From positions 256,001 through 320,000 of the forward strand of contig CAWBHS010000072.1 in NCBI GenBank assembly GCA_963788655.1: a stretch of DNA of 64,000 nucleotides. The letters are read 5' to 3'. Of this stretch, positions 19,068 to 28,211 are shown one piece after another. The notes under the pieces are model-generated. The model did no database searches. It worked only from the letters and a program-made list of their open reading frames with translations, and was not told the origin of the DNA. Numbering within the stretch: position 1 is the first letter of the stretch; each line of letters starts with the position of its first letter. The stretch is from an uncultured Verrucomicrobiae bacterium. Its GTDB lineage: Bacteria > Verrucomicrobiota > Verrucomicrobiia > Limisphaerales > JAFGQR01. The position numbers were made by a program, and so were the translations under genes.

Positions 19068-20168
19068 GTGAACTCAATGCCAACTCATTTTGAGATAACA
19101 TTACAGCGCGACACGGATCGGATTCGCCAGAAACTCCTGGCCATGTGCGGCCTTTGCGAACAGGCCATTCAGACGTGCGTCAAAGCCCTGGCCGAGCGAA
19201 ACCGGCAGGTCGCCTACGCGGTCATCATTCGCGACCAATACATCGACGCGATGGAGAAAGAGGTGGATCGGCTCTGTCTCGAATTCCTCGTCCGTCAACA
19301 GCCCGTGGCCGCTTCGCTGCGCTTCGCGTACAGCACCATCAAGGTCAATCTCGAACTCGAGCGCATCGGCGACTATACCGAAAGCATTGCCCGGCAGACG
19401 TTGAAATTGATCCCGATGGATGTGCAGATTCCCACCGAGCGTTACCAGGAGATTGCCCAGTTGTCGCTGGCCATGTTGCACGACGCGATCAAGGCCTTCG
19501 TGGATCGCGATGAAGAACTGGCCCGGAAGACCATTCAGACCGAAGAATCGGTGGACCAGCTCAAGAGCAAGCTCAACAAGGACTTGGTCGGTTATTTCCA
19601 GGATCAGAAAATCCCCTTCGAGGCGCTCAATCCGCTGATGATGATCACCCGCCACTTGGAACGGATTTCCGACCAGGCGCGTAACATCAGCCTGGAAGCG
19701 CTGTATGTGGGCACCGGTGAGGATGCCAAACATCAGGGGGCGGACGTGGTAAGGGTATTGTTCGTCGATGAACACAATTCCTGCCGCAGTCAAATGGCCG
19801 AGGCCATCGCGAACGGATTGAACCAACCGCGGTTTGTCTTCGCCAGCGCCGGTCTGGAGCCGAAGCCCATCGAGCCGGCGACGAAGGAGTTCATGAAATC
19901 CAAGGGCTTCGAAGTGTCGCACCTGGCCTCCAAGGCGGTCAGTCAGGTGCCCAACCTCGACCATTTTCAAGTGGTGGTGGCTCTGGCCAAAGCTGCCCGG
20001 TCGGCGTTTCCCGCCAATGTGCGCAACTTGGTTTTCCTGGACTGGGCCATCCAGGATCCTTCCGCGATGGAAGGCAGTCCGGAGCAGGTCAAAACCGCCT
20101 ACGAAGAAACCTTCCGCTTTATCGAAGAACACCTCAAAGATTTGATTGGAGCCATTTCGGGACAATAA
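19068..20168 (+). CDS. phoU: PhoU fused to a C-terminal ArsC/LMW-PTP-like domain lacking the catalytic cysteine
   Basis: PhoU motifs D..ID.ME.E.D, QQPVA..LR, ELERIGDY, HLERISDQARNI; C-terminal VLFVDEHNSCRSQMAEA, SAGLEP, WAIQDP. Confidence 0.92.
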   Translation: MNSMPTHFEITLQRDTDRIRQKLLAMCGLCEQAIQTCVKALAERNRQVAYAVIIRDQYIDAMEKEVDRLCLEFLVRQQPVAASLRFAYSTIKVNLELERIGDYTESIARQTLKLIPMDVQIPTERYQEIAQLSLAMLHDAIKAFVDRDEELARKTIQTEESVDQLKSKLNKDLVGYFQDQKIPFEALNPLMMITRHLERISDQARNISLEALYVGTGEDAKHQGADVVRVLFVDEHNSCRSQMAEAIANGLNQPRFVFASAGLEPKPIEPATKEFMKSKGFEVSHLASKAVSQVPNLDHFQVVVALAKAARSAFPANVRNLVFLDWAIQDPSAMEGSPEQVKTAYEETFRFIEEHLKDLIGAISGQ

Positions 20169-20191
20169 ACCAAAGAACGAACGAATAAATT

Positions 20192-21115
20192 ATGAGCAAA
20201 AATACAACCATACGATGGAGCCTCCGGCTGTGCGCCGCGATGGCAGCAACCGCATGCCTGATCCAAACCGGCTGCAAACCTAAAGAAGGGGGCGAGGGCG
20301 GCACCGGCAAAACAACGATTCAAGTCAAAGGCTCGGATACGATGGTAAACCTGGCACAGTCCTGGGCGGAAGCGTACAAGAAGGTCAATCCCGACGTGGA
20401 GGTGGAAGTCTCTGGCGGTGGCAGCGGCGTGGGCATCGCGGCGCTGATCAAGGGAGGGGTGGACATTGCGAACGCCAGTCGCGACATGAAGGCCCCCGAA
20501 ATTGAGCAGGCCAAACAGAACACCGGGAAGACGCCCAAGGAAACCATTGTCGGCTACGACGGGCTGGGCATTTACGTCAACAAAGATAATCCGCTGGACG
20601 CAATCAGCGAAGAGAAACTGGCCCAGATTTACGAGGAAGGCGGCAAGATCACCAAGTGGTCGCAATTGGGCATCAAAGTGCCTGGTTGTGACAGCGATGA
20701 AATTGTCGTGGTCAGCCGCCAGTCCAGCTCGGGCACCTACGAATTCCTGCGGGAACACGTGCTTAAGAACAAGGACTACCGGATGGGCACAAAAGACATG
20801 AATGGTTCCAAGGAAGTGGTCGAACTGGTGGGCAGCACGCCTTGCGCGATCGGTTACAGCGGCATGGGCTACGCCACCCCGGCGGTCAAAATGCTGAAGA
20901 TCTCGGCGACGGAAGGCGCCCCGGCGGTCGCGCCATCGGTGGAAAATACCATGAGCAAGAAATACCCCATCGCCCGTTCCCTCAACTGCTACACGCTCGG
21001 CGAACCGCAAGGCGAAGTGAAGAAATACCTGGATTGGATCAACTCCGATGCCGGGCAGAAGATTGTGGTTGATACCGGTTACGTTCCGCTGAAACCGGAG
21101 GACCGTACCAAGTAA
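20192..21115 (+). CDS. pstS: Phosphate ABC transporter substrate-binding lipoprotein
   Basis: Lipobox-like TGC, KGSDTM, GGGSGVGI, DIANASR, RQSSSGTYE, AIGYSG.GY, YPIAR.L. Confidence 0.95.
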   Translation: MSKNTTIRWSLRLCAAMAATACLIQTGCKPKEGGEGGTGKTTIQVKGSDTMVNLAQSWAEAYKKVNPDVEVEVSGGGSGVGIAALIKGGVDIANASRDMKAPEIEQAKQNTGKTPKETIVGYDGLGIYVNKDNPLDAISEEKLAQIYEEGGKITKWSQLGIKVPGCDSDEIVVVSRQSSSGTYEFLREHVLKNKDYRMGTKDMNGSKEVVELVGSTPCAIGYSGMGYATPAVKMLKISATEGAPAVAPSVENTMSKKYPIARSLNCYTLGEPQGEVKKYLDWINSDAGQKIVVDTGYVPLKPEDRTK

Positions 21116-21135
21116 GTTTTTTTCGGTATTCACCG

Positions 21136-21227
21136 GGTACGATGAGAGGCGCACGGCGATAATCGATCAGGGCTTAGCGCCCTCCTTTCGCCAGGCTGAG
21201 GTAACTTGCCGGCGCCCTCATCGTGCC
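21136..21227 (+). other. Stem-loop between pstS and pstC
   Basis: ggtacgatgagaggcgc pairs with gcgccctcatcgtgcc. Confidence 0.55.
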
Positions 21228-21255
21228 TTGACGCTGGCCGGAATTTGACGATGAC

Positions 21256-22200
21256 ATGAGCGATCCCATCATCCCACCCACTGAACCTGTGTTTGTGGTC
21301 CGGAAGGCCGTCCGTCCGGCCTGGGCCGTTTATGGCGAGTACGCGTTGCAGGCGACCATTTACCTGTGTGGCATTAGCGCCATTATCTTCGTGCTCAGCA
21401 TCTTCTTTTTCGTTTTCAAAGAAGCCGTGCCAGTGTTTGGGGATCCGCATTTCAGTGTCAGCCAATTCCTCTTTACGACCAAGTGGTATCCCACCTCAGC
21501 CGTCAATGTGCGTTACGGGGTGCTCGCCATGATCGTGGGCACGTTCAGCGTTACGGGTCTGGCCATGCTCATTGCGGTACCGTTCGGGCTTGGGGCGGCG
21601 ATTTATGTGTCCGAGTTTTGCGGTCCGAAGATGAAAGAAACCCTGAAGATTGTCATCGAGCTGTTGGCGGCCATCCCGAGTGTGGTCTGGGGATTCATTG
21701 GCTTGACGGTTATCAGTCGCTTGATTGTGACGTACACCGGCGCGCAGGTCGGCGTCAACATTCTCAATGGCGGCGTCATCCTGGCCCTGATGAGTGTGCC
21801 CATCATCGTCTCGATCAGCGAAGACGCTTTGAAGGCCGTGCCGGATTCTTACCGCGAGGCCGGTGTGGCCCTGGGCGCCACCCGGTGGCAACTGATTTGG
21901 CGGGTCTTGTTGCCGGCCGCCAAAACGGGCTTATTGGCGGCGGTGCTCCTGGGCGTCGGCCGGGCGGTTGGGGAAACCATGGCCGTGCTGATGGCCACCG
22001 GACACGCGGTGCATATTCCCCACAGCGTGCTGGACTCGGTGCGCACGCTCACCGCCAACATTGCCGCCGAATTGGGGGAAGCCCCGGCCGGCTCACCGCA
22101 TTATCGGGTGCTGTTCATGATCGGGGTACTGCTGTTCTCAATCACCTTCGTGGTGAACCTGACCGCCGACCTGATCGTGCGGGGAATTCGCAAGAAATGA
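21256..22200 (+). CDS. pstC: Phosphate ABC transporter permease
   Basis: ELLAAIPSVVWG, EDAL.AVP..YRE...ALGATRWQ, GRAVGETMAVLM. Confidence 0.95.
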   Translation: MSDPIIPPTEPVFVVRKAVRPAWAVYGEYALQATIYLCGISAIIFVLSIFFFVFKEAVPVFGDPHFSVSQFLFTTKWYPTSAVNVRYGVLAMIVGTFSVTGLAMLIAVPFGLGAAIYVSEFCGPKMKETLKIVIELLAAIPSVVWGFIGLTVISRLIVTYTGAQVGVNILNGGVILALMSVPIIVSISEDALKAVPDSYREAGVALGATRWQLIWRVLLPAAKTGLLAAVLLGVGRAVGETMAVLMATGHAVHIPHSVLDSVRTLTANIAAELGEAPAGSPHYRVLFMIGVLLFSITFVVNLTADLIVRGIRKK

Positions 22201-22219
22201 ACCGAATGCCGACCAGCAG

Positions 22220-23380
22220 ATGTTTACCTTGTTAAAAACATATTGGACCTGGGTCGCCCTGGAAGTTGTCATGTCCGCCGTGGGGGCCTTGGTGGCGGGT
22301 TGGGTGGCGCGCAACCGCGGGCGCAGTGAACTGGGATGGGGATTGCTGGTGCCCATTGGCTCGCTGTTTGGTTCGTTTGTTTTCCTTCTTTTCTTTCCTT
22401 GGCCCGCACTACTGCTCTTGTTTTCCCCGGTCGTGTTTGGTCTCGTCTTGTTGGTCTTGGGGGCATTGCCCCGCCTGCCCGTGGACGCTCAAACCAAGTT
22501 TGGGGAAAATTATTTTGTCCGGTTGCGCTCCCATTACGAGTTGGTGGCCAAGTGGATTTTCTTCGGCATGGCCGCGGCCATGATTGTCCCGCTGCTGACC
22601 ATTCTGACTTACCTGGTCGTCAAAGCCATGCCCTCGTTGAGTCTGTCCTTCCTCATCGACGTGCCCAAGAAAGGCATGACCGCCGGGGGGATCTGGCCGG
22701 CGTTTATTGGCACCATTTACTTGGTCGTCATCTCGCTGGCGGTGGCGGCGCCCATTGGGGTGTTGGCGGCGGTTTATCTGAATGAATACGCCAAGGACAA
22801 CTGGTTCAACCGCATCATCAACCTGGCGGTCATTAATCTGGCCGGGGTGCCCAGCATTGTGCATGCGCTTTTCGGTATGGGGGCGTTTGTCTATGCGGCC
22901 CATTTGGGCGCGTCGGTTCTGGCCGCCTCGTTGACGCTCGCCATCATGACGCTGCCGGTGATTATCGCCAGCACCCGCGAAGCGCTGGCCAGTGTGCCGC
23001 AAACGTTTCGCGAAGCCTGCTGGAACGTTGGCGCGACCCGTTGGCAGACCATCAAAGCGGTGGTCCTGCCCAATTCCATCAGCGGGATTCTGACGGGCGT
23101 CATTTTGCAAGTGAGCCGGGCGGCCGGCGAGACGGCACCCATCTTGTTCACCGGCGCAGTGTTTTACAAAGCGGTCCAACGCGGTGACCTGTTTCCCTAC
23201 TACCTGAACGATCAGTGCATGGCGTTGTCCATGCATCTTTACACGTTGGCGACCCAGGTTCCCAATGTCCCTGAGTCCATTCCGTTTGCCACCGCGGTGG
23301 TGTTGCTCGGCTCGGTGCTGTTGGTCAACGCGGCGGCCATCTCCCTGCGCGCCTATATGCGCTCCCGCAAGAAATGGTAA
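22220..23380 (+). CDS. pstA: Phosphate ABC transporter permease with ~90-aa extra N-terminal membrane module
   Basis: GGIWPAFIGT, YLNEYA, LAGVPSIV, RAAGETAP; extension containing VARNRGRSELGWG. Confidence 0.93.
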   Translation: MFTLLKTYWTWVALEVVMSAVGALVAGWVARNRGRSELGWGLLVPIGSLFGSFVFLLFFPWPALLLLFSPVVFGLVLLVLGALPRLPVDAQTKFGENYFVRLRSHYELVAKWIFFGMAAAMIVPLLTILTYLVVKAMPSLSLSFLIDVPKKGMTAGGIWPAFIGTIYLVVISLAVAAPIGVLAAVYLNEYAKDNWFNRIINLAVINLAGVPSIVHALFGMGAFVYAAHLGASVLAASLTLAIMTLPVIIASTREALASVPQTFREACWNVGATRWQTIKAVVLPNSISGILTGVILQVSRAAGETAPILFTGAVFYKAVQRGDLFPYYLNDQCMALSMHLYTLATQVPNVPESIPFATAVVLLGSVLLVNAAAISLRAYMRSRKKW

Positions 23381-24159
23381 ACCCCACGTCCATGCCTCAC
23401 TCCGACAACTTGCAGGTGGAAGTCCGGGATCTCCGGCTGGCTTATGGCCATAAAGAGGTGATTCACGGCATTTCCTTCGACATATATCGCAACGAAATCC
23501 TGGGCGTGATTGGGCCGGCGCAGTCGGGGAAGACGTCCCTGTTGCGGTGCATCAATCGCACCATCGACTTCACGCCGGACGCGCACGTCTCCGGCACCAT
23601 CCGGGTGGATGGCGAAGATGTGCGTCGCACGAAAAACATTTATCGTCTGCGCCGCAAAATTGGCATGGTCGCGCCTTTGCCCGTGGGCTTGCCGATCAGC
23701 ATTTATGACAACGTGGCCTTTGCTCCGCGTGCCGCCGGCCTGACGCGGCGGAGCGAACTGGATGACATCGTCGAACAGTGCTTGCAGCAGGCGGCGCTGT
23801 GGGATGAGGTCAAGGACCGCCTGAACAGTCTGGGCACCAAGCTCTCGGGGGGACAGCAGCAACGGTTGACCATTGCCCGGGCGCTGTCGCATCAACCCGA
23901 AATTCTGTGCCTGGATGAGTTCTCAATTGCCATCGATCCGGTGACTACCATGCGCATCGAGGACGTGCTGAAGGTGCTGCGCCAGGACATGACCGTCATC
24001 CTCGTCACCAATCTCACCCAGCAGGCGCGGCGATTGGCCGACCGGACCATGTTTCTGTGGAACGGCAAAATCGTCGAAATCGATACCAACGAAGTCATTT
24101 TCTCAGACACGCCGAAAGATCGACAGACTTACGAATACGTGAACGGCATATTCGGATGA
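23374..24159 (+). CDS. pstB: Phosphate ABC ATPase PstB1 (intact signature; degenerate Q-loop, D-loop and H-switch); alternative start 23392
   Basis: GPAQSGKTS, AALWDEVKDRL, LSGGQQQRL.IARAL, LDEFSIAIDP, VTNLTQQA. Confidence 0.9.
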   Translation: MVNPTSMPHSDNLQVEVRDLRLAYGHKEVIHGISFDIYRNEILGVIGPAQSGKTSLLRCINRTIDFTPDAHVSGTIRVDGEDVRRTKNIYRLRRKIGMVAPLPVGLPISIYDNVAFAPRAAGLTRRSELDDIVEQCLQQAALWDEVKDRLNSLGTKLSGGQQQRLTIARALSHQPEILCLDEFSIAIDPVTTMRIEDVLKVLRQDMTVILVTNLTQQARRLADRTMFLWNGKIVEIDTNEVIFSDTPKDRQTYEYVNGIFG

Positions 24160-24193
24160 ATCCCAATCTACAACTCTCCCGGACCGCCTGAAC

Positions 24194-24979
24194 ATGAGCG
24201 ATCCCGTCAATCACAGCCTGGCCTGCATCGCCACCCGGAACCTGAACCTGTGGTACGCCAAGTTTCAGGCCTTGAACAACATTCACGTCGATATCAAGCA
24301 AGGGATCATCACCTCACTCATCGGCCCCTCGGGCTGTGGCAAGACCACCCTGTTGCGTTGCTTCAACCGGGTCAACGAGCGCTATGGCTACGTGACCACG
24401 ACCGGCGAGATCAAGCTGCTGGGCAAGAACATTTACGATCCGGACGTATCCCTGATCGAGCTGCGCAAGTCGGTGGGCATGGTCTTTCAACGGCCCAATC
24501 CGCTGCCGATCTCGGTCTATGAAAATGTGGTGTTTGGTTTGCGTATCCACAACTCCCGGCGCGACCTGGGCAAATCCATGCTCGACGACGCAGTCGAGAA
24601 GGCGCTCACGGAAGTGGGCTTATGGAACGATCTCAAGGACCGCCTCCAGACCAAGGCCACCGGATTGTTGCTGGAGCAACAACAAAAGCTTTGCATCGCC
24701 CGGTTGCTGCCGTTGAAACCGGAGATCATCCTGATGGACGAACCCTGTTCCGCCCTCGACGTGGAAGGTACCCGCGCCATCGAGGAACTGATGTTTGAGA
24801 TGAAAGGCCGCTACACCATTGTCATCGTCACTCACAACATGGCCCAAGCCCGTCGGGCCAGTGACGAGTGCATTTTCATGTTGATGGGCGAACTCATGGA
24901 GCACCGGCGCACCGAAGATTTATTCCTCAATCCCCAGAATCCCAAAACCGCCGAATACATCGAAGGCCGTTACGGTTGA
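24194..24979 (+). CDS. pstB: Phosphate ABC ATPase PstB2 (intact Walker A/B, Q-loop, H-switch; degenerate signature)
   Basis: GPSGCGKTT, GMVFQRPNP, LLLEQQQK, MDEPCSALD, VTHNMAQA, YIEGRYG. Confidence 0.92.
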   Translation: MSDPVNHSLACIATRNLNLWYAKFQALNNIHVDIKQGIITSLIGPSGCGKTTLLRCFNRVNERYGYVTTTGEIKLLGKNIYDPDVSLIELRKSVGMVFQRPNPLPISVYENVVFGLRIHNSRRDLGKSMLDDAVEKALTEVGLWNDLKDRLQTKATGLLLEQQQKLCIARLLPLKPEIILMDEPCSALDVEGTRAIEELMFEMKGRYTIVIVTHNMAQARRASDECIFMLMGELMEHRRTEDLFLNPQNPKTAEYIEGRYG

Positions 24980-25126
24980 GTAATGACCAATGCCCAAGGG
25001 CCAAAGACCAAAGAATGACGACGGCCCAAGCTCCAATGACCAGAGGGCAAGCCACGCAGTTTTAGGCTGGACCTTGGGATTTGGAAATTCTCTGGTGCTT
25101 GGTCATTGGCCATTGGTCATTACTCA
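24977..25126. repeat. Family E inverted repeat element
   Basis: tgagtaatgaccaatg ... cattggtcattactca (perfect 16-bp ends) with internal heptamer-like repeats. Confidence 0.8.
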
Positions 25127-25185
25127 ATGGTGGCTTCCTACCAATCTTGCTTCCCACGGACGCCGCCATCCCTATACTTGGCGCT

Positions 25186-25665
25186 ATGAATTACGTGGGC
25201 ATTGGCTACGATGTGCATGCGTTGGTATCTGGACGCAAGCTGGTGCTGGGCGGAGTCGAGATTCCGCACCGCAAAGGCTTGGACGGCCATTCCGATGCCG
25301 ACGCCCTGATGCACGCCGTATGTGATGCTGTGTTGGGCGCTTTGGGTGAAGGAGACATCGGGCAGTTCTTTCCCAACACGGATCCCCGGTGGAAAGGCGC
25401 CCCCAGCAAGGTTTTTTTGGAAGAGGCCGCCCGGCAGGTTGGGGCCCGAAAAGGACGGTTGATCAATGTGGATGCCACCGTAATTGCGCAGCAGCCCCAA
25501 ATCTCACCCCATTTGGACGCCATGAAAACGAACATTGCCACGGCGTTGGGCATCGGTCCCCGGCAAGTAGGCATTAAAGCCACCACCAACGAGCGGTTGG
25601 GCTTTATTGGACGGGAAGAGGGTATTGCTGCCATGGCGGTCGCCAGTGTGGAATTGCCTGAATAA
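25186..25665 (+). CDS. ispF: 2-C-methyl-D-erythritol 2,4-cyclodiphosphate synthase
   Basis: [47 protein letters not shown]. Confidence 0.97.
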   Translation: MNYVGIGYDVHALVSGRKLVLGGVEIPHRKGLDGHSDADALMHAVCDAVLGALGEGDIGQFFPNTDPRWKGAPSKVFLEEAARQVGARKGRLINVDATVIAQQPQISPHLDAMKTNIATALGIGPRQVGIKATTNERLGFIGREEGIAAMAVASVELPE

Positions 25666-25740
25666 ACAAAGCGTCTCAATCCGTTCCCTTCCAGGCGACT
25701 CTTTAACGTTTCACGAAGACCTGACAGCCTATTAATCCCC

Positions 25741-26010
25741 ATGCCCAAAGCTGAAATTGGTTGGACCCGCCGCGATGACGCCGGTCAGAAATTCGACGTT
25801 TATGCCCAGCGGATTGGCGGAGATTGGCGGTTTTTCACACGCCAAGAACGCTATGAATCCTGGCAACCGGTGACCAAACCGCCCCTGGAAGACTGGCTGA
25901 AGCTGCTGGACGCAGTGCGCCGGCGGGTGAATCGACGCCGTTCCCGCCCGGAAGAGATCGACCGGGTTCGGCAGATGATTCGCGAGCGGTTTCCCGAAAC
26001 GGACGTTTAG
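25741..26010 (+). CDS. Small hypothetical protein (89 aa)
   Basis: Fills the gap after ispF; protein-like composition (W-rich, PPLEDW..LLDAVRRR). Confidence 0.65.
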   Translation: MPKAEIGWTRRDDAGQKFDVYAQRIGGDWRFFTRQERYESWQPVTKPPLEDWLKLLDAVRRRVNRRRSRPEEIDRVRQMIRERFPETDV

Positions 26011-26412
26011 GCGACAAGCTACATCGTCTAAGAGCGCGGCGATAGCTGGGGAGCGCCAAACGCCCCAGTTGTGCCTTTCCCCGTTGTTCGGCAGCGATTG
26101 AAGAAGCACCCGCAAAGCCCCGTTTCCGATAGGTTCAATTCTTGCTAAAAACCAAGCGACGGCTCGATTCGTGGGGAAGCACCCAGGCCATCCGGTCAGG
26201 GAAATAGTTGCTAAATCTTTGCGCCCGAATGCCGTTAGTACAAATGGGCTTACTGGGAAATTGAAGTCGGAGCCTGGCACGCGGCAGATGTTGCCCCGGC
26301 GGCGGGAAATCCGTTTTTGCTCAAACTAGCTGGGCAACTGGCATGGAATGAATTTGGCAATCAAAAGTTGTTTTGCGCGCGCCCATCCTTGGCAGTCCGG
26401 GCGCACGAGTCT

Positions 26413-27756
26413 ATGAAGAACCGTATTTTGGTGGTGGATGATCAGGCGGAACTCCGCCAATTGTTGAGATTGTTGCTCGAACAGGACCAATACGTGGTGA
26501 CTGAAGCGGGCGATTCCATCGCGCTTAAGGCGGCATTTGACGGTCCGGAACCGGATGTGGTGTTACTGGATTTACGGTTACCCGATGCCGACGGCCTGGA
26601 TTTGCTACCGGTGCTCAAGCGGCAATGGCCCGAAGCCGAGGTGATCGTGCTGACCGGACATGCCACTTACGAAGCCGCCGTGGAGGCCATTAAACGCGGG
26701 GCGTTTCACTTTCAGGAAAAACCCATCGACAACAAGGCGCTGTTGAACCTCGTCGAGAAGGCCCTCGAGCGCAAACAACTCACCGAACAGGCCAGTTCGC
26801 TCCGACAAGCGCTGACCACCATGAGTGGCGGCTCCTCGCCCATCTTTCAAAGCTCCTCCATGAAACAGGTTCTGCGCACCATCGAGCGCGTCGGACCCAG
26901 CGACGTCTCCATTCTCATCACCGGCGAAAGTGGCACCGGCAAGGAAGTGGTGGCCGATCTGATTCATGCGTTAAGCGAGCGCAACAAAGGGCCGTGTATC
27001 AAGATCAATTGCGCGGCGTTGCCGCGGGAGTTGATCGAGAGCGAATTGTTCGGCTCCGTCAAAGGCGCGTTTACCGGCGCCCAGGGTGACCGCGAAGGGC
27101 TGTTTCGGCTGGCGGAAAGCGGGACCTTGCTGCTGGATGAAATCTCCGAAATGCCCGTGGACACCCAAAGCAAGCTGTTGCGGGTGTTGCAGGAAAAAGA
27201 AGTCCGGCCCGTCGGTGGGCGCAGCAGCTACAAAACCGATTGCCGCATTTTGGCCGCCACCAATCGCCGCGTCGAGGAGGCCATCAAGGAAGGCAAATTA
27301 CGCGAAGATTTGTTCTACCGCATCAGTGCCATCACCGTCTATCTGCCCCCCCTGCGCGAACGCAGGGAAGACATCCTGCCGCTGGCTCGCACCTTCTTGA
27401 AGCGGTTTGCCTCACAAGCCAATCGCGTCCTGGCGGATTTTAGTCCCGCGGCGGTGGATCGGCTGCGGAAATTTGATTGGCCCGGCAACGTACGTCAGTT
27501 GCAGAACGAAGTGCAGCGCGCCGTGCTGATGGCCGAAGGCAAAATGGTGGACGTGGACGATCTCTCGATCAGTGATCCCGACGTGGTGGCCATCAATGGC
27601 GAATCCAATCTGACCCTCATGGAAGCCATGGAACGGAACAAAATCATCGAGGTGTTGCAGGAAACCGGGGGTAACAAACTGGCCACTGCCAAACGCCTCG
27701 GGATTGGCCGGCAGACCTTGTACAACAAGATCAAGACCTACGCCATTGCCGCCTGA
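26413..27756 (+). CDS. Sigma-54-dependent response regulator (NtrC/AtoC family)
   Basis: REC (ILVVDD, LLDLRLP), GESGTGKE, ESELFG, GAFTGA, WPGNVRQL, Fis-type HTH. Confidence 0.95.
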   Translation: MKNRILVVDDQAELRQLLRLLLEQDQYVVTEAGDSIALKAAFDGPEPDVVLLDLRLPDADGLDLLPVLKRQWPEAEVIVLTGHATYEAAVEAIKRGAFHFQEKPIDNKALLNLVEKALERKQLTEQASSLRQALTTMSGGSSPIFQSSSMKQVLRTIERVGPSDVSILITGESGTGKEVVADLIHALSERNKGPCIKINCAALPRELIESELFGSVKGAFTGAQGDREGLFRLAESGTLLLDEISEMPVDTQSKLLRVLQEKEVRPVGGRSSYKTDCRILAATNRRVEEAIKEGKLREDLFYRISAITVYLPPLRERREDILPLARTFLKRFASQANRVLADFSPAAVDRLRKFDWPGNVRQLQNEVQRAVLMAEGKMVDVDDLSISDPDVVAINGESNLTLMEAMERNKIIEVLQETGGNKLATAKRLGIGRQTLYNKIKTYAIAA

Positions 27757-27795
27757 CGGGGATTCTGCAGGAAACACTTCTTCTCGATTTGCTAA

Positions 27796-28170
27796 CGTGC
27801 TGCCGGCGTCCCGCCGGCAGAAACGAATACCTCCAGGCACGCTCGCATCACTGCCGCAATTCGGCGGCCATTCTTCCGTTCCATCTGCCGGCAAGATGCC
27901 GGCAGCACGCTGCCCAACGTGCTGCCGGCGTCCCGCCGGCAGAAGCGAACAGAACCGCGCGTCCGAATGACCAACGGCCAATGGCCAAGTCCCAAAAGGA
28001 AGGTCTAATGACTAAGCCCCAAGACCATTCGTGGCGTCCACCATTAGTCGATGGGGTATTGTGCATTGGTCCCTGGGCATTCGTTGGTTATTGGGCAATG
28101 GTCATTGGTCATTCCTCGTCCGTCTTGTTCCAAAACTGCCGGCAAGAGGCCGGCAGCACGTTACGCAACG
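27796..28170. repeat. Composite repeat F-F-F-E-F
   Basis: gtgctgccggcgtcccgccggcagaa twice, ctgccggcaagatgccggcagcac, aatgaccaa...ttggtcatt, gttccaaaactgccggcaagaggccggcagcac. Confidence 0.85.
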
Positions 28171-28211
28171 TGAATGCCCCGCCATCGCTTAGCGTCTGGA
28201 GAATATCGCTT

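Noticed and set aside
19740..20168. Arsenic-resistance arsC gene
   Set aside because: Catalytic and resolving cysteines are absent, the domain is fused to PhoU, and no arsR/arsB/acr3 is nearby
24990..25185. N-terminal extension of IspF and small ORFs over family E repeats (e.g. 9439-9669, 57109-57321)
   Set aside because: These are translations of the heptamer repeat (LVIGHW / MTNDQ patterns), not real coding sequence
26270..26360. Sigma-54 promoter upstream of the NtrC-family gene
   Set aside because: TGGCAC and TGGCAT occur, but the -12 GC is not at the required spacing
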